This document shows positions 37,795-47,899 of a DNA stretch of 64,000 nucleotides, piece by piece. How positions within the stretch are numbered: the first letter of the stretch is position 1; the number at the start of each line of letters is the position of its first letter. A program made the position numbers and the translations under genes. The notes under the pieces are model-generated. The model was given only the letters and a program-made list of their open reading frames with translations. It had not been told where the DNA came from and ran no database searches. The DNA is taken from contig JBKCOJ010000005.1 in the NCBI GenBank assembly GCA_046309815.1, positions 97,404 through 161,403 on the forward strand, given 5' to 3'. Source of the DNA: Pseudomonadota bacterium (GTDB lineage: Bacteria; Pseudomonadota; Alphaproteobacteria; Paracaedibacterales; CAITNM01).

Positions 37795-38684
37795 GAATCT
37801 TCTTCATTTTTATTATATTTTCCTCCCTGCACTCTCAGATCAATAACGATACAAATATACGAGCGCAAAATTGGCATTACATCCAACAACAAATTGTTAG
37901 CATTCAACAGGAATATACTAACTTTCAAAATGATAAGACAATAAATAATCAAGAGTTTTTTAATACTCAACAGCAACTAGGTGCTCTATATTTTTCACAA
38001 AGAAGGTATAATCTAGGTTTTGGCACATCTTTGCTTCCTTCAGAATGTGCTGTGCATAATTATGTAAGAAAAAAAACCTTTCTAATTTTAAAACTCAAAG
38101 AATTAATGCCTATCTATAAAAAGTATGCAGAGAAATACAAAGAAAAATACGCAAAGTTAAATACGAGCAGCAATCGAAAAAAAATCAAGGAATTAGAGAA
38201 ACTTAACGATCTATATTTGAAGTCTTTCGACGATTTCAAATTAATGAACAGAAACCCAATAAATATAATGACAGCTGAAAAAATCTCTTCCCTTCAAAAA
38301 TCGATAAAAAATCAGCCTTTTCGTACTATTAAAAAATCTTCTAGCTTACTTAGCTGGATAACGCCTGTAGCAGGAATCAAGCAATCACAAGATTTCACTA
38401 TTTGGTCCCCATTAGAGAACGCTGTTATTCTTTGTCCGGATTCAGGTATTGTTACATTAATTGGAGTTTTAGGTAATTCACTTGTTGTGTTTATTAAGCA
38501 AAACCATTTCACGTATATCATTACTGGCATTAATGAGTGCTACATTAAAAAAGGAGATATGGTAAAACAAGGAGATATATTGGGATTTTGCGCAAAGAAA
38601 AATCCAGCTTTAGTTGAATTACAATTATGGCGCGATGACACTCTCTTAGATCCATCTCCTTATCACAAAGCAATCCAACTATGA
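37788..38684 (+). CDS. envC: EnvC-like murein hydrolase activator (coiled coil plus degenerate LytM/M23 domain)
   Basis: Signal peptide and a Q/K-rich coiled-coil region. The C-terminal LytM-like fold (KKGDMVKQGDILGF) lacks the HxxxD and HxH metal ligands. Canonical gpmI-envC-ctpA order. Confidence 0.7.
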   Translation: MLRIFFIFIIFSSLHSQINNDTNIRAQNWHYIQQQIVSIQQEYTNFQNDKTINNQEFFNTQQQLGALYFSQRRYNLGFGTSLLPSECAVHNYVRKKTFLILKLKELMPIYKKYAEKYKEKYAKLNTSSNRKKIKELEKLNDLYLKSFDDFKLMNRNPINIMTAEKISSLQKSIKNQPFRTIKKSSSLLSWITPVAGIKQSQDFTIWSPLENAVILCPDSGIVTLIGVLGNSLVVFIKQNHFTYIITGINECYIKKGDMVKQGDILGFCAKKNPALVELQLWRDDTLLDPSPYHKAIQL

Positions 38685-39790
38685 AAAAACTCTCGCATTT
38701 ACTTTTTTTGCTTACAAGCTGCACAAATCCTTATCAAAAATTACATCATAGTTTAGATGAAACTTTATCTATTATTGAAGAATTTTATCCAGAACAACCC
38801 CCCATAGAAAAACTTCGCCAGGGAATGCTTCAAGGATTAATTCAAGGCGTAGATGGACACGGCTCATACCTTAGCGAGGAACAATTAAGATCGTTAGTTG
38901 AAAAAGTTGAAGGAGGAAAACTAAAATTAGGAATAGTTTTAGCAAAACATAAAGACGGCTTAATTGTTAGAAAAGTTTATGAAAATTCAGCAGGGTATTT
39001 AGCTGACATTAAAGAGAGCGATATTTTTACAAGACTTGATGAAATATCTTTGAATAGTATCAATTTAAATGATTTTCCTCGTCTCATAAAAGAAGAGAGG
39101 CCTTACTCAATTACCCTTCTAAGAAAAAATAAATGCCTGACAAAGTCCATAACACCTGGATTTTTTGTGCCCCCCTCCACAGAATTGAAATGGCTCAAAA
39201 AAATTGCGCATTTGAAATTCGATTGTATTAGCAAAGAAGGAGCAAAAGAAGTCGAAAATCAATTACATAAAATTAAATCCGCGCCAGGATTAAAAGGATT
39301 AATACTTGATCTTCGTGATTGTCCAGGAGGTAGCTTTGAAGCAGCTGTAGGTATAGCAAGCCAATTTTTAGATGGACATGTAGTAATTGAAATGCAGAAG
39401 AAGAAGGAGTTGTCAAAATTTTCTTCTGCATCTTCAGATACTTTAAATAAATTACCTATAGTAATATTGCAAAATAAAAATACGTGCTCTGCCGGAGAAA
39501 TCATAGCCGCCGCTCTCAAAGCACATAAACGTGCTATACTCATCGGAACTACTACTGGTGGAAACGCTACAGCTAAAGAAATTTTCCATTATCCTAACCG
39601 TAGTGACGGGCTAATCTTAACCATTGCATTTTTAAATGACCCTCTTGGAAAAAGAATAAATAACGAAGGTATAGAACCACACATGAAAATTGAAGAGTCA
39701 CCATTGGGACATCAAAAAAGCAAAGATATTTATATTAATAAGGCATTAGAAATTTTACAGAAAAATCCTCAACCAGGTAAAACTGATTGA
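38681..39790 (+). CDS. ctpA: S41 C-terminal processing peptidase (Ctp), lipoprotein
   Basis: LLTSC lipobox, PDZ-like region, LILDLRDCPGGSFEAAV and NTCSAGEIIAAALK motifs. Confidence 0.85.
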   Translation: MKKLSHLLFLLTSCTNPYQKLHHSLDETLSIIEEFYPEQPPIEKLRQGMLQGLIQGVDGHGSYLSEEQLRSLVEKVEGGKLKLGIVLAKHKDGLIVRKVYENSAGYLADIKESDIFTRLDEISLNSINLNDFPRLIKEERPYSITLLRKNKCLTKSITPGFFVPPSTELKWLKKIAHLKFDCISKEGAKEVENQLHKIKSAPGLKGLILDLRDCPGGSFEAAVGIASQFLDGHVVIEMQKKKELSKFSSASSDTLNKLPIVILQNKNTCSAGEIIAAALKAHKRAILIGTTTGGNATAKEIFHYPNRSDGLILTIAFLNDPLGKRINNEGIEPHMKIEESPLGHQKSKDIYINKALEILQKNPQPGKTD

Positions 39791-39801
39791 GGATTAAACC
39801 T

Positions 39802-41403
39802 TTAACTGTATTCCACTGTAGGATTCAAGACCATACCCGGAATTTTTGGAGCCGGAGCTTTTGCTATAGAATCAGTTGTTGTTAACACATTAGCTGAATT
39901 TGTAAATGATTTTACGGCTGGTAATGTATAGTCTGGTGTTCTATAAAGTTTTACCGTACAGCTATCCGCGCCTATTCCTGCCGCAGCTGTCTCTTCGCTG
40001 ATATTAAATAAGTTAGAATCTTTGATAAACACTGCCTCGTAAGCGCCACGAAGTTTTATTTGAGCTACTTCACCAGGGAAATTCGTAGTTTCCGTTAATG
40101 TGATACATGCTTTATCAACATCACTACTTGAATTTCCTAGTTCTGGGTGTTTCTGTATAGAGAATGGTTGTGAACCGATAAGATCTCCAGCAACGCCTCG
40201 ATTAAATGTTATTGGGGATCCAATCACCATATAACCGCCACCCGCTCTTGGCAAGACACTTCTAATGAATGGATCTGCACTTCCTGGTTCTACAAATACG
40301 CCACAGTCTCTTGGTAAATCCCCTTGGAACCAACCCAAAGGATCGCTCTCTGGAGATTTTGTGAAAGCAAAACGAATTCTTGTTCCTATACCAGGTTTTG
40401 GTAACGCAAACTGAAGGCCACCTTTCACCATTATATCGTAGCCAGTTGGATCACCAGTTAACCAAACCTCTTTTACGTGATGTGGCAGATATGATATTTC
40501 TCCTGAACCATCATAACTGTTTGTAAGAACTGTGTTCTGCTCGGCCGGAGTCCCTGTTTGTATGAAATTAATAAAGAGAACTTCACACCATTCTTCAGGC
40601 GTTTCGAAACCTGAAAATCCAGCTGTACTACCAACCGCGATAATGTCGTGGCGTTGATTCTTATTCACTGGTTTACCGGAAGTATAAGAGGTAGGGGTAG
40701 GACTCACATAAGTTGTGCCACCGCTCACTACTAGGTAATAGTTCTCGGCATCCTTTTGATGGGTTAGCACAACATCTGCGTGATTCATATTAATAAGGGA
40801 AATAAAATCCCCTAGAATACCTCCGGGCTCTCTACCTCTAATAATAGGGAAACGAACTCCGCCATGATCATAATCTCCGGGTGCAACGTAAACAGCTAAA
40901 TTTCCTGATAAATTCGCAGATTCAACATCAAAGAAGTCACACAACCCATCTGGAAAAACTTTTACCGACAATATAGATGTCGTAGGTGATGTTTGAGAAA
41001 AGCTTTCTAATCTTAATGAATGAGGAACAGCACCATCTACAGCACTTGTTTGTAAATTTCCTCCATTATATACGATCTGTGCCTGTGTTGAGCTTCTATA
41101 TATAGCACCAGCTTTTACCGTCAAAGAACGATTTAAAATTCCTTTATTATCTATAGTTCTTTCTGAAACTATTGTATCGCCTGTCACTACTACTGTGCTA
41201 TTCCATTTTAGAAGCCCTGCCCCAATTTTATTAGGATTTCTTTCCAATAGCCCCCCCATTGTGCTCTCTTCCCCTTCATCAACCCTAATATTAAAAATTG
41301 ATTCACTCGAAGGGTAAAGAAAGCAGGTACATACCCATATCAAAAGAAACCTATAAATTCTTTCGCTTATCTTTGGTAGAAACAGCTTGTTTAAATTAAC
41401 CAT
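39802..41403 (-). CDS. Hypothetical large secreted or membrane-anchored protein, G/T/S/V-rich (probably beta-rich)
   Basis: Long uninterrupted ORF with an N-terminal hydrophobic anchor or signal (FLLIWVCTCFLYPSS). No recognisable domain and no C-terminal beta-barrel signature. The ATG at 41403 is preferred over 41448. Confidence 0.6.
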   Translation of the reverse strand: MVNLNKLFLPKISERIYRFLLIWVCTCFLYPSSESIFNIRVDEGEESTMGGLLERNPNKIGAGLLKWNSTVVVTGDTIVSERTIDNKGILNRSLTVKAGAIYRSSTQAQIVYNGGNLQTSAVDGAVPHSLRLESFSQTSPTTSILSVKVFPDGLCDFFDVESANLSGNLAVYVAPGDYDHGGVRFPIIRGREPGGILGDFISLINMNHADVVLTHQKDAENYYLVVSGGTTYVSPTPTSYTSGKPVNKNQRHDIIAVGSTAGFSGFETPEEWCEVLFINFIQTGTPAEQNTVLTNSYDGSGEISYLPHHVKEVWLTGDPTGYDIMVKGGLQFALPKPGIGTRIRFAFTKSPESDPLGWFQGDLPRDCGVFVEPGSADPFIRSVLPRAGGGYMVIGSPITFNRGVAGDLIGSQPFSIQKHPELGNSSSDVDKACITLTETTNFPGEVAQIKLRGAYEAVFIKDSNLFNISEETAAAGIGADSCTVKLYRTPDYTLPAVKSFTNSANVLTTTDSIAKAPAPKIPGMVLNPTVEYS

Positions 41404-41533
41404 AACAACTCCCCTAAAACTAGGAGAAGTACCCTGCTGTACCCGCATTTACCAAACGGTACTTACCCCTTATTTCTCTTTGAAGGATGCCCTTCTACTG
41501 CTAAGATTAGTTAGCAAGGGTAAACAAACAGTT

Positions 41534-41559
41534 AATTTAATTAAAATTTTAATTAAATT
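41534..41559. repeat. Perfect 26-bp AT palindrome AATTTAATTAAAATTTTAATTAAATT followed by (TA)5
   Basis: Checked base by base. It lies in the divergent region between the 39802..41403 gene and mutS. Confidence 0.9.
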
Positions 41560-41663
41560 TTATATATATAGGCTATCTGCTGCTTAGAATATTATTTTAT
41601 GACTTAAGGACATTTCTAAAAAATTTTGCTATAAGGTAACCTAACGTCTCTTCTTAAAAATTT

Positions 41664-44252
41664 ATGACTTTCCAAACTCCTATGATGAAGCAATATGCAG
41701 AAATTAAGGAACAGCATAAAGATTGCTTGCTGTTTTATCGCATGGGTGACTTCTATGAACTTTTTTTTGAAGATGCAATTCAAGCTTCTTCTGCTCTTGA
41801 TATTGCTTTGACAAAAAGAGGACAAAATGCTGGAGAACCCATTCCTATGGCAGGAGTGCCTGTACATTCGCATGAAATGTATTTATTAAAGCTTATAGAA
41901 AAAGGATTTCGCGTTGCCATTTGTGAGCAAACAGAAACTCCTGAGCAAGCCAAAGAAAAAGGAAAAAAGGGGCCATTAGAGCGTGGTGTCGTGCGTATCG
42001 TTACGCCAGGAACACTTACTGAAGATAGCTTATTAACACCAAAAAAAGCAAATTTTTTAGTTTCAGTAAGTCCTATGGATAAAAAAACCTTACATAGTGG
42101 AGTAGCGTGGGCGGATGTTTCAACAGGAGCGTTTTACGTAACGAGCATAGTAACCGAATCATTAATTGATACCCTATCTCAACTAAACCCAGCCGAAATA
42201 CTTATGGCTGAAAGCATTTGGAAATCCCTTGATCCTGATATTTTTAATGAATTTAAAAAAATTATTCAGCCTCTGGCAGACACTCGTTTTAATTTGAATA
42301 ATACACAACAAATACTTTTACAATCGTTTAATGTAATCAGCCCCGAAGTATTAGGCCTCCACGAGAAAACTCTTGTCCAAGCCGCAGGTATGTTATGCGA
42401 TTATTTATATTTAACTCAACAAGTACAACTTCAACACTTGCGCGCCCCAAAGCTTATCAGTAAAAATAAAGCTGTTAAAGTTGATTCTCAATCTTGCAAA
42501 AATCTTGAAATCATACGCAGTCTTAAAGGCACTTTTGAAGGCTCTCTTCTTCATACAATAGATAATACCAAAACAGCTGCAGGCGGACGACTCCTTTTTG
42601 AATATTTAACCAACCCCACCACAGATAAAGAAGGCCTTAATCAACGCTTAGATAAAATCAACTGGTTTAAAGGAAACAACCATGAAAGGTCTAACGCGCT
42701 GGATAATCTAAAGCATTGTCCTGATATTGAGCGTTCTTTGATTCGAATAGCACTAGATAGAACCTTACCAAGAGATTTAAAAGCCATCTCTCAAGCCTTA
42801 CGCGTAGCAAAAACTATAGATCACCTTCTTGCTCAGCAATTCTTTTGGAAGCTAGATGTCCCCACAAAATTAATGCAACAATTAGAAAATACTCTCGAAG
42901 AAAATCTTCCTGCTGTTATGCATGATGGTGGATTGATTAAAGCTAATGTTGATTCTGTGCTTGATGAACTACGCTATACTCGCGATCATGGACACCAGCA
43001 ACTAAAACAGTTAGAGCAACGCTATCAAGAAGAAACGAATATCCCAAATTTAAAAATTAAAACCAATAATTTAATTGGCTATTATATAGAGATCAGTAGC
43101 AGTCATCTTCATAAAGTTCCTCCAACATTTTTTCACCGGCAAGCAATCAGTAATGGCGCTCGGTATATGACTCAAGAATTACATGACCTTGCTTCAAAAC
43201 TTGAACATGCTGCAATGTCTACCATTTCAAGAGAAATTGCGATCTTTAGAGAGTTATGCGCAGAAATTTTAAATCATAAAAATCAATTAGAAAATCTTGC
43301 CTCTCTGTTAGCAGAAATTGATGTAGCAAGTAGCATGGCAAATCTAGCTTCTGCCAAAAATTTTTGCCGTCCTATTTTCACAGACGCTCAGGTTTTAAAC
43401 ATTCAAAATGGTCGCCACCCTATTGTAGAAGCATTTACGTCAAACCCTTTTACTCCTAATAATTGCTATCTTTCTGATCAGCCCTTTGCGCTTTTAACTG
43501 GCCCAAACATGGCAGGGAAAAGTACATATCTCAGGCAAAATGCATTAATTACTTGGATGGCACATTGCGGACTCTTTGTCCCTGCCTCTCACGCAGAAAT
43601 TGGACTTGTGGACCAATTATTCTCTCGTATAGGAGCTGCCGATGATTTAGCAGCGGGTCGCTCTACTTTTATGGTGGAAATGGTAGAAACAGCAAGTATT
43701 CTGCACCAAGCAACTAGTCGTTCATTTATTATTCTCGATGAAATTGGCCGCGGCACATCCACACAAGATGGATTAGCCATTGCAACAGCAGTTAGTGAAC
43801 ACCTTATTCATACCATCAATGCTCGCTGTATCTTTGCAACGCACTATCACGAATTAGTTGATCTCGCCAGTAATTATCCTGTTAAACTTTTAACAATGAA
43901 AATTGTCGAACACGATAACAACGTTGTTTTTTTGCATGAAGTTATTGAAGGCGCTGCCGACAAATCGTACGGCATTCACGTGGCTGAACTTGCTGGACTT
44001 CCGCAAAAAGTTATTGAAAGAGCCAAAGAATCTTTAAAGAAAGAAGCCTCCCAGCAAACAAAGGGCAAGCAATTAGCAGACATACCATGTGAAGAATCAA
44101 ATTTGTTAAAATTTTTGCGAAGCATTAAGCCCGATGATTTGTCACCACGGCAAGCCTTACAAGCGTTATATGAATTGAAGGAATATGCAAATAAAGGGCA
44201 AAATCGTAATACAAAACCTGATCAAGCAAAGGCTTCATTGTTTGGAAAATAA
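41664..44252 (+). CDS. mutS: DNA mismatch repair protein MutS
   Basis: [34 protein letters not shown], Walker [19 protein letters not shown]. Confidence 0.97.
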   Translation: MTFQTPMMKQYAEIKEQHKDCLLFYRMGDFYELFFEDAIQASSALDIALTKRGQNAGEPIPMAGVPVHSHEMYLLKLIEKGFRVAICEQTETPEQAKEKGKKGPLERGVVRIVTPGTLTEDSLLTPKKANFLVSVSPMDKKTLHSGVAWADVSTGAFYVTSIVTESLIDTLSQLNPAEILMAESIWKSLDPDIFNEFKKIIQPLADTRFNLNNTQQILLQSFNVISPEVLGLHEKTLVQAAGMLCDYLYLTQQVQLQHLRAPKLISKNKAVKVDSQSCKNLEIIRSLKGTFEGSLLHTIDNTKTAAGGRLLFEYLTNPTTDKEGLNQRLDKINWFKGNNHERSNALDNLKHCPDIERSLIRIALDRTLPRDLKAISQALRVAKTIDHLLAQQFFWKLDVPTKLMQQLENTLEENLPAVMHDGGLIKANVDSVLDELRYTRDHGHQQLKQLEQRYQEETNIPNLKIKTNNLIGYYIEISSSHLHKVPPTFFHRQAISNGARYMTQELHDLASKLEHAAMSTISREIAIFRELCAEILNHKNQLENLASLLAEIDVASSMANLASAKNFCRPIFTDAQVLNIQNGRHPIVEAFTSNPFTPNNCYLSDQPFALLTGPNMAGKSTYLRQNALITWMAHCGLFVPASHAEIGLVDQLFSRIGAADDLAAGRSTFMVEMVETASILHQATSRSFIILDEIGRGTSTQDGLAIATAVSEHLIHTINARCIFATHYHELVDLASNYPVKLLTMKIVEHDNNVVFLHEVIEGAADKSYGIHVAELAGLPQKVIERAKESLKKEASQQTKGKQLADIPCEESNLLKFLRSIKPDDLSPRQALQALYELKEYANKGQNRNTKPDQAKASLFGK

Positions 44253-44312
44253 GAAAATTTTCTTCTGCTTCCCTTTCGATTTAAGATTTTTTTTGATATT
44301 CTAATACCTAAG

Positions 44313-45470
44313 TTGGTTGCGGAGAAATACGTGATAAGATTTTTTAATTATATTTTTGCTGCTTTATTTATAGTTTTATATCAATCTGCTATTCATGCTA
44401 ACAATTTTGCATATCTAATTGTGGATGGTAATTCAGGAAGAATTATGGAAAGCCATCGAGCAGATGAAATTCGCCCCCCTGCATCATTAACAAAAAAGAT
44501 GACCCTATATTTAATTTTTGAAGCTTTGCGCAATGGAAAAATAACGCTTCAAACGCGATTTCATGTGTCAAAGCTCGCAAACTCCCAAGAGCCAAGCAAC
44601 TTGTGGGTTAGAGTAGGAGAAACAATTAGCGTTGAAAATATTATCTACGCACTAGTTACAAGATCAGCTAACGATATGTCTGTAGTGGCTGCTGAAGGAT
44701 TAAGTGGAAGCATTGAAAACTTTGCAATCCTTATGAACAAAAAAGCACAAGAACTAGGAATGACGCGCACAAAATTTTATAATCCAACTGGCCTCCCTAA
44801 TAAAAAGCAAATCACTACTGCCCGCGATATGATGACACTTGCACGCGCTCTTTATAATAATTTTCCCAATGAATTTAAATACTTTAAAGCAAAAAAATTC
44901 TTATATAACGGTAAACCCGTACTTAATCATAATAAAATGTTGAATTCCTTTTCTGGTGCCGATGGCATTAAAACTGGCTTTACTTGTGCTTCTCGTTTTA
45001 ATATCAGTGTTTCAGCGCAACGCATTGGTATTGACGGAAAGCCCATTCGTGTCTTTGCCGTCGTACTTGGAGGACAAACATCCTTTTCACGCGATAAAAA
45101 GGCTGCCGAGCTTATGGAAAAAGCATTTAAAAAATTAAATGCAACCCCTAGAATGCAAACGGTAGCAGCCACTTTACCTGTTGCTAGAGAAATGCCAGAT
45201 GAAATCGATGATTTAATTGTCAATGAAAAGACGATTGAAAATATTGGGCATTCAACAGAAGCATCTATCATAAAAACAGCGACAGCAAAACAAAGAAAAA
45301 AAACTAAAAAGACAAAAAAACCTACGCCACAAAAAGAGGTTAAAACCATTCAAACATCAATAACGAAAGACCCCATCGATGAAATTCTAAGCACTTCAGC
45401 CCGCGTAAATATAAGTGATAATCTGCCTGCAGGTTGGGTAAAACCTAAGCCTCTGCTTAAAAAGTCATAA
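44313..45470 (+). CDS. D-alanyl-D-alanine carboxypeptidase (S11), second copy, with lysine-rich C-terminal tail
   Basis: SLTK (SxxK), SAN and KTG motifs. The C-terminus QRKKTKKTKKPTPQKE is low-complexity and basic, in place of a PBP5 C-domain. Confidence 0.85.
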   Translation: MVAEKYVIRFFNYIFAALFIVLYQSAIHANNFAYLIVDGNSGRIMESHRADEIRPPASLTKKMTLYLIFEALRNGKITLQTRFHVSKLANSQEPSNLWVRVGETISVENIIYALVTRSANDMSVVAAEGLSGSIENFAILMNKKAQELGMTRTKFYNPTGLPNKKQITTARDMMTLARALYNNFPNEFKYFKAKKFLYNGKPVLNHNKMLNSFSGADGIKTGFTCASRFNISVSAQRIGIDGKPIRVFAVVLGGQTSFSRDKKAAELMEKAFKKLNATPRMQTVAATLPVAREMPDEIDDLIVNEKTIENIGHSTEASIIKTATAKQRKKTKKTKKPTPQKEVKTIQTSITKDPIDEILSTSARVNISDNLPAGWVKPKPLLKKS

Positions 45471-45487
45471 TTTACTAAGGCATTGGA

Positions 45488-45677
45488 CTATCTAGGACAG
45501 TCCCTTAAATTTTTAATAACATCAGAAGGATTTTGGCAATCATCCAAACCAGCAGAAGCTCCAATTATGATTGTATCTACCCTTGTTGAGCCTACTTCTA
45601 AACAACGATATACTGTGTTGCAGCCCCTGAGAGCCAGCTAAAAATAAAGAAACCAACCAAAATAAATAGATACGCAT
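45488..45677 (-). pseudogene. Candidate small secreted Cys-containing protein gene interrupted by a frameshift at a G4 run
   Basis: The ATG at 45677 encodes the signal-like MRIYLFWLVSLFLAGSQG. After the GGGG run (plus-strand cccc 45624-45627), an adjacent frame reads CNTVYRCLEVGSTRVDTIIIGASAGLDDCQNPSDVIKNLRDCPR and stops. Confidence 0.3.
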
Positions 45678-45780
45678 ATTGAAAGACTTTCACGTTACCC
45701 ATCATGTATTGATACTCATTAAATAAATATTAATATTTTTTACGTATTCTAAGGAATAACGAATAATCTTTGAGGTTGTG

Positions 45781-46233
45781 ATGAAGGCGTTGTTTTTTGG
45801 GTTGATGATGTTTTTATGTGTGTCAGCAGCAGATGAGCTGGATGGCTTTCTTATGAAATATGTTCAAAGCTTAGTACAACCTCACACGAACCAAAAGCCC
45901 AGCGAAAAAGAAAAGCATGGCTTAGAGCATGCAGACTCAGCGCCAGTTATAGCATCTGAAGCTGAAGTTCTAGAAGGTCCAGCACAAGATCCACAGGAAT
46001 CTTTAAAAAATAAAAGCCCTATATTAGCGAGCGCTGATGTTCCAAATCCAGCAAAAAAAGAACTAAAAGAGCAAGAAGAAAAGCAAGATTTGAAATACGG
46101 TCCAATGCAAGGTAAAAATTCTCTTGAAGATGAATCTCATCATCTCATTGATTTAGATTTGGGACTTTTGAATTCGAATCCAGAGGGAACAAGCGCTGTT
46201 CGTAATGCAGCACCGACTGCTGCCGGCGCTTAA
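45781..46233 (+). CDS. Hypothetical secreted acidic, low-complexity protein
   Basis: GAGG RBS 5 nt before the ATG at 45781. Signal peptide MKALFFGLMMFLCVSAADE, then an E/K/P/S-rich, disordered-looking sequence. 4-nt convergent overlap with fabF. Confidence 0.55.
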   Translation: MKALFFGLMMFLCVSAADELDGFLMKYVQSLVQPHTNQKPSEKEKHGLEHADSAPVIASEAEVLEGPAQDPQESLKNKSPILASADVPNPAKKELKEQEEKQDLKYGPMQGKNSLEDESHHLIDLDLGLLNSNPEGTSAVRNAAPTAAGA

Positions 46234-47504
46234 GGAGCTCTTCCAAAAATCAACGAAGCATTTGTTCCACCAAACCCAAAAGAGTTTGACATAACATAGT
46301 CGAGATTCTTTTCTTGGGCCTTGTGTGGAACAAGATTAAGATCGCAACCTTCTGATGGATTATCAAGGTTAAGTGTTGGCGGCACAATCCCATCCTGCAT
46401 AGCAAAAATAGAAAAGATTGATTCAACTGCGCCCGCCGCGCCTAAAAGATGACCTATTGCTGACTTTGTAGAGGAAATAGCCAGATTTTTAGCATGATCC
46501 CCAAACAAACGTTTCATCGCCGTTACTTCAATAGCATCTCCAGCAGGTGTCGACGTACCATGAGCATTAATGTACCCAATATCTTCTAGTGAAAGTTTTG
46601 AATTCTTTAATGCTGCTCTCATCGCGCGGTAAGCACCACCACCATCTTCGGCAGGCGACGTTATATGGTGTGCGTCACCTGACATACCATACCCCAAAAC
46701 TTCAGCATAAATTTTTGCGCCGCGTTTTTTTGCATGCTCATATTCTTCTAGAACAACAATCCCAGATCCTTCACCCATCACAAAACCATCGCGATCTTTA
46801 TCCCAAGGACGCGAAGCTTTTGTCGGACTGTCATTAAATGAAGTTGAAAGTGCACGTGCCGCAGCAAATCCCGCAACACCAGCGCGACAAACAGCAGCTT
46901 CTGCACCACCAGCGATCATCACATCCGCATCATCAAGCATAATCATGCGTGCTGCATCACCTATGGAATGAGCACCAGTTGCACAAGCTGTCACAACCGC
47001 ATGGTTTGGACCTTGGAATCCATGACGGATAGAAACTTGTCCTGCTGCCAAGTTAATAAGACTTGCTGGAATAAAGAAAGGACTAACACGACGCGCACCT
47101 TGCTGCAACAATGTAACAGAGGTATCGTAGATCCATGACAGACCACCAATACCAGCACCAATTGTTACACCGGTACGTTCACGATCTTCTTGATTAGTTG
47201 GTTGCCAACCGGAATCTTTGACTGCCTCATCAGCCGCTGCTATAGCGTACAAAATAAAACGATCAATTTTTCTTTGTTCTTTAGGCTCTAAATAATCTGA
47301 AGCATCAAAAAGCCCTGGTTGCTTTGGCGTGTCCGCAAGCTGAAGAGGCACCATTCCTGCAATTTTCGCTGCAAGATCAGAAACATCAAAAGCTTCAATC
47401 GTGCCAATGCCTGATTGACTAGCGATCAGTCTTTCCCACGTTAATGCAGCGCCATTCGCCAAAGGCGTAATCGCGCCAACGCCAGTAACAACAACTCTTC
47501 TCAT
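46230..47504 (-). CDS. fabF: 3-oxoacyl-ACP synthase II
   Basis: RRVVVTGVGAITPLANG, active-site ACATG, HGTSTPAGD, GHLLGAAG. Confidence 0.97.
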   Translation of the reverse strand: MRRVVVTGVGAITPLANGAALTWERLIASQSGIGTIEAFDVSDLAAKIAGMVPLQLADTPKQPGLFDASDYLEPKEQRKIDRFILYAIAAADEAVKDSGWQPTNQEDRERTGVTIGAGIGGLSWIYDTSVTLLQQGARRVSPFFIPASLINLAAGQVSIRHGFQGPNHAVVTACATGAHSIGDAARMIMLDDADVMIAGGAEAAVCRAGVAGFAAARALSTSFNDSPTKASRPWDKDRDGFVMGEGSGIVVLEEYEHAKKRGAKIYAEVLGYGMSGDAHHITSPAEDGGGAYRAMRAALKNSKLSLEDIGYINAHGTSTPAGDAIEVTAMKRLFGDHAKNLAISSTKSAIGHLLGAAGAVESIFSIFAMQDGIVPPTLNLDNPSEGCDLNLVPHKAQEKNLDYVMSNSFGFGGTNASLIFGRAP

Positions 47505-47516
47505 CGTTATGGAATC

Positions 47517-47753
47517 TTAATTAGTTTTTTCCTGAAGGAATTCGATTGCTTTAACAACAGTTGTTAGTGTTTGAGCAGCATCATCAGGAATTTCGCACTT
47601 AAATTCTTCTTCGAACTTCATTACAAGTTCAACTTGATCAAGACTATCTGCGCCAAGATCGTCAACAAAATTTGCGCCATCAACAACTTTAGATGCATCT
47701 ACACCAAGGTGATCAACTACAATTTGCTTTACGCGTGCGGTAATATCAGACAT
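47517..47753 (-). CDS. acpP: Acyl carrier protein
   Basis: [19 protein letters not shown] (phosphopantetheine Ser), 78 aa. Confidence 0.97.
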   Translation of the reverse strand: MSDITARVKQIVVDHLGVDASKVVDGANFVDDLGADSLDQVELVMKFEEEFKCEIPDDAAQTLTTVVKAIEFLQEKTN

Positions 47754-47899
47754 GAAACCTTCACTAAGTTAAAAAGTTTAATAGTTGTTAAGATTTAGCC
47801 ATGTTTTTTGAAAAATTCAAGAACAAAAAGTAATGATAATGCATAAACAAGTATTTAGCAGAGGGAATTTCTACAAAAATTTCACGCATCTCAAAATAT

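Noticed and set aside
41616-41873. 85-aa minus-strand ORF overlapping the mutS start
   Set aside because: It is antisense to the highly conserved mutS N-terminus and has no independent support.
45600-45660. A CTGAGA string that recalled the TPP riboswitch core
   Set aside because: None of the other conserved TPP elements (ACCTGATCTGGATAATGCCAGCG-type) are present, and no thiamine gene lies downstream.
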